Source: the human T2T-CHM13v2.0 reference genome, Homo sapiens. Taken from it: DNA of 64,000 bases. The notes under the pieces are model-generated. The model was not told the origin of the DNA and did no database searches. It was given only the letters and a program-made list of their open reading frames with translations. Made by a program: the position numbers and the translations under genes. Below are positions 59,131-64,000 of the stretch, in pieces. Within the stretch, counting starts at the first letter, position 1; every line of letters begins with the position of its first letter. The stretch lies in the NCBI RefSeq assembly GCF_009914755.1, contig NC_060934.1. One strand, given 5' to 3'.

Positions 59131-62100
59131 CCAACATAGGAATAATGCTTATTTCTCTATTTTCCATCTATAGTCAACATTGACTTCTTATTGAGCATCT
59201 ACCATGGGCTAGATACTTCTAGTCTTCAAGAAGCCAGTTTAGTAGGAAAAACAAACAAGTAACCAGAGCACTCCAGCCTAGTGTGATGTGTTCAGGATGT
59301 AGGTGAGCCCGGGGGACTGCAGGAGCCTGGAGGAGGGCAGCCTGGCCAGAGCAGGGGCCTGGGGGAGCCTTCAAAGGAGGAGGTCTTAGTTAAAGGAAGA
59401 TTAACTAGTTAACTAGGGAAGGGGGCTTTAGGCAGAGGTCCAGATAATTAGATTGTTCTTGATTGCTGATCATTTTTCTCCAACTTCAGTATATGTAACA
59501 GAAATCAGAAAGAAAGAATTCAATACAAGTTCTTCCTTAAATTGTTTTTCTTCCATCAGATTTACACTCATATTACAGTATTCAATTGAAAATCCAAAAT
59601 CCAGAAGAGCCTAAAAAAATGTGTGCTTGAGCTTAGATGTGTCTCCTGATAGAGATTAGATTAGTGATTGTTTGTCTTAATAAACGGCACTTCCTCTTGA
59701 AACTGTGCCCAAAACAACCTTAAAAAGTTCCGATTTCATGAAACGTGTCACTTCCTCTCCACTCACAGCCCCCATTTTCCTTCCTTCCCCTGGGTCTCAC
59801 TTTTTTTTTTTTTTAATGTAATGCTTTCGTGTTTGTAATAATACCCCTCCTTGGCAGGCTATATGATATAACTCCCATTTTTCTGGGGAGAGTTTTGTGA
59901 TGCAGCGAGTTTTGATCTCAGCCAAGGTCACAGAGAGGGTCAGAAACAACAGAGCCGAGATTCGATCCCTCACCCCAGGAGCCTCAGGAGGGGCCCCACA
60001 GCCGTTTTCTTGTCATCATCTGAACTTGGAACAGCCTCCCACCCACATCCAGCCTTCCCCGGCACCTCCTTCCCTTCCCATCGCTTCACAGAGCAGTTAT
60101 TCAGGGTCTGCATGTATGAGCAGCTCAGCCATGTTGCATGACCTACTTTGGCATTTTCACACTGCTTGGAGAAACTTTAGGGCAAAACCATGATAGTGGA
60201 GAGAAGCCTCCCTCCCAGCCACACCTGGCTCAGTTTGGACCTGCTTGCCCTGAACAAAGGAACAGAGGACAGAGTGGATGAAAAGACAAAGGGGAGGAGT
60301 GAGGTGATCACAGCTGGCCTTCAGCAATGCCAAAGTGACCGGTGCAGGAAATCCTTGAATGTTTGGGCAGGGACATAAGGCACCTGTCTATTTCACATCT
60401 GCTAATCAATTCCTTATCAAGTCATCATGGAGCCTGTTTGGGGAAGAACCCTGTCTTCTGTGAGTTTTCTAAAGCACCCTGTCCTCTTCCCACAAGGGCA
60501 ATATAATTAGTAACATCAAACACTGCAGGCTACCATCTCCTGTAAGGTGGGCTATGAACTTTTCAGAGGGCGTGAAGAGCTACCACTCCTATTTCAAATA
60601 AAGCTAATGCCAAAGAACCCACATTTAAAGCTCGAAAACAGCAGCTACGTACCCACCACCACCCACAGATCTAGTGATAGAGATTTTTTTTCTGGCTTGG
60701 CCTATTATTTATTTAGAATCAGAACTGATTTCTATCTGGATGATGTAGTCATTTAGGTTGACATCTGAAAGCATCCAACAATAGAGTCCCCTCCCTCTTA
60801 AGAAGAACCAGTGAGGTACTACAACAGTGACCTCTGTGGCTGAGGGTGGGATTGTGCCAAATCCAGGAAGGCTCATGCATTGACCATTAATCACCTACCT
60901 CCCCCAACCTTGCTGAGATCTTGCTCAGACCAGGAATCCCTAAATTGGAGGTTCCAAAACAGGGGCAGAAACAAAAGTGCTGGTTCCTTCCCAGGCAGCG
61001 AGGGCTCATTTCTGTTGGAGCCCTGGGCCTGGACACTCCTCCAGCCATTGGTATTGTCTTTGAAGCCAACTTTATGATTTCACACTTGGTCTGGTTTACC
61101 TTTTAATGTCCTAAGTGGAAATCTTGGGAAGAGTGATTGGAGGAGTACATGGGTAGAGGAAGAAGAAAATTGAAACTCTCTTTAAAAAAATACAATTGAA
61201 TTAAGAATTTAGTATTACATTTTAACATAACAAGCACTAAGAGAAAAGTTTCCTTAAAGAATAGACTTTTGCTGTATGTCAATTAGTGCGCCTGTTCTTG
61301 TAGGTTTTCTCTGCTGCCTCAGAGCCAAATCTTCAGCCTCCCACACAGATCTGTGAAATCAATTGTCTTCCCCAAACATGTGGTAACCACAGAGAAGTAA
61401 AATTAATAAAACTGCTCCAAAAGATGATTTCTAAAGATGACATTCCTACTTTCGCTTTAAGCTTTCTTTCCTGAGGCCAAGTAGGGGCCTGAAGTGGGAA
61501 CAGGAGGGGTTTGGTGAGAATTTGGGACCCGTTTTTTTAATATTTAAGTTTTAGAGTTTCAGTTTCACTTAGTTGTTTCGGGAGGGAAGGAGAGCAGGGA
61601 GAAGTTAAAGGTGTAAGGAGGAGGCCAAAAAAAAAAAAAAAAAGGTAAAGAAAAGCCAATCAAGTTAGGACTGTCACACCTGACAAACATGCATGTCATC
61701 CCAAGGCGGTCTGGGATCCACTCAACAACCCCACACACGCCTTCATTTGGTTGCCCGCCTCCCCCACCTGGGTTGAAGGCTACCACTGACGGTGGCATGT
61801 CTGACATACCGAACCTGCCACCCAGTGATGTTCCTCAGGAGCAGGCCCCACTCAGCCCAGCCCTGACAATGGTAGCTTAAGACAGGCAGAGGCCATCAGT
61901 CTCCATTACGAAGACAAGGTTTTCCTCCCATATTATCCTGTCTGTCATGTCCTCCTTAGACTCCAAAGGCACGGCTGTCTCATACATCATCATCATTTTC
62001 TCTCCACAAAGATGGAGAGCCCCAGGGAGGGGTCCTTTTTCTCAGCGTCCTGCCATGGATGGCCAAGGGCCTTCCCTCAGTGACAGAAGCAATGCTGAGC

Positions 62101-62522
62101 TGCCAGGGGAGACATTTGCATCCCTATTAGGCCCGGGGCTTTGAAGGTGGGGGAGGAGGGACCTGCCAGCCAGTTTGTAAATCAGAAGCTTAAACAAACT
62201 TCCACAGTCTCTGGAGGCCTGGAGAGCACTCCTGTGATACCAAGAGTGGAAGGAGAGGGAAAAAACAAAACAAAACAAAACAAAAACCTCAAACGTAGAG
62301 CTCCGGAACATACATGCGCTTAGTTTTGGCAGAGAAAAAGATACACTTAGTCTTGGCAGATACACAATCTTGTCACTGAAAATTGGAATATTGTTAATAG
62401 CAGTTATATTAAATTAAGCATTGGGTGCATAATTTTACTGAATTCTCACAACAGTATTGTTTTACATTTATAGGACATGTTTCAGGAGACAAAATTAAGG
62501 CTCACATGACTAGCCAGAATTA

Positions 62523-62828
<306 letters not shown>

Positions 62829-62905
<77 letters not shown>

Positions 62906-63092
62906 GAAGGAAGGAAGGAAGGAAGGAAGGAAGGAAGGAAGGAAGGAAGGAAGGAAGGAAGGAAGGAAAGAAAGAAAGAAAGAGAGAAGGAGGGAGGGAG
63001 GGAGGGAAAGAAGGAAGGAAGGAAGGAAGGAAGGAAGGAAGGAAGGAAGGAAGGAAGGAAGGAAGGAAGGAAGGAAGGGAAGGAAGGAAAGA
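62829..63092 (+). repeat. Purine microsatellite (GAAA)19 (GGAA)16 ... (GGAA)16 G (GGAA)3 derived from the Alu tail
   Basis: GAAA run 62829-62904; GGAA runs 62905-62968, 63013-63076 and 63078-63089. Confidence 0.97.
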
Positions 63093-63199
63093 AAGAAACC
63101 TATTTGTCTGACTCTAGATCTTTATGCTGACTACCGAAATGTGTTAGTTGGTCAGATATAGAATACCCTAGAACTTTTGCATGTGTCCTAAGTGATCAT

Positions 63200-63440
63200 G
63201 TTAATAGTTACTACTCATAAAGACCTTCTATATGTCGGGCCCTGTTCTAAACACTTTGCATCAATATTCTCTTTTAATCTGCACAGGGAATAGCATGCTG
63301 AGAGACAGGGGTTATTGTGATCATTATCTACATTTTACAGCTGGGGAGACTGAGGTTTAGAGAAATTAAGTAACTCACCAGGTCCTCACTAGCAGTTGGT
63401 GGAGTTAGGATTCAGACTCAGGAACTCCACCGACCACAAA
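63200..63440. mobile_element. MIR
   Basis: cattttacagctggggagactgaggtttagagaaattaagtaact. Confidence 0.75.
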
Positions 63441-64000
63441 TAGCCAATATAATCACTGATTTGCTTGAGAAAGTCTATAGTAATCCCAGGAGAAAGGGCC
63501 CATCATGCAGTGAAGGAATGCAGTTTTCAACATTGGGTTCCTCACTGATGTTAATTTGGATGAAAGCAGCTGAAAATGAACCTCATGGGACTTCTCAAAG
63601 GAGCAAACTTGTCACCAAATCAGGGTGAGGAAGACCCAGGTCTTCCCTTGGGTTCGAGAGGGGAAGCTGATTAGCTTACGGTAGGTATGAATTCAGTTCT
63701 TTCTTGGAATCAGCTTGCGGAGTCACTGCTTGCTCTCTAGTGGTCACTGCCACTGGGGATGACCTATTAACAATCGGGCATGAGGAGCTACAGCTCTTAG
63801 CATGCCAGCGGGGTAACCTATTCTTTCTGCCCTTTCTTAGATAGAAGGAGGCACTAGCATTGTTCTGAGCCCCTAGAAATTTGACTAAGTAATCCTGCAG
63901 CATAGAATTTGACCCACTTGCTCAGGCAAGGGCTTCTATCATGCCCAGAGGTGAGGCAGCAGCAACAGAGGCTCAACCTAACTCAACATGGTTGTGGAAG

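Overview
Human (hominid) genomic DNA, recognisable as the 3' part of the ZNF365 locus at 10q21.2, in the gene-poor interval towards ADO/EGR2. The only supportable gene is the six-coding-exon ZNF365 isoform D ('talanin') ORF. I reassembled it by hand from GT-AG-bounded exons at 13767-13804, 24668-24755, 25192-25456, 26221-26311, 35954-36027 and 40028-40122. These total 651 nt (216 aa + stop), carry the Ala62 allele and have a poly(A) signal at 41809. The rest is mostly transposon-derived: about ten Alus, a full-length but dead L1PA3/4 (42036-48352, minus strand), a 5'-inverted L1, Tigger1, MER52A, MER51, MLT1/MLT2 LTRs, and L2, L3 and MIR fossils. The most unusual observations are: (1) the full-length L1 carries, inside its TSDs, an extra ~97-nt L1 5'UTR piece ending at the L1 +97 splice donor plus 73 nt of foreign sequence, i.e. 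an apparent spliced, L1-promoter-driven 5' transduction; (2) a double (GGAA)16 microsatellite grown from an Alu tail with a perfect 24-bp TSD, in the EGR2/Ewing sarcoma neighbourhood; (3) a 16-bp perfect inverted repeat made of two IRF-type sites in a putative immune enhancer; (4) inverted Alus bracketing exactly the talanin-specific exons 2-3. I found no evidence of a new protein-coding system, RNA gene or CRISPR. Locus identity, subfamily names and disease links come from recall, not from a search, and boundaries of old repeats are approximate.
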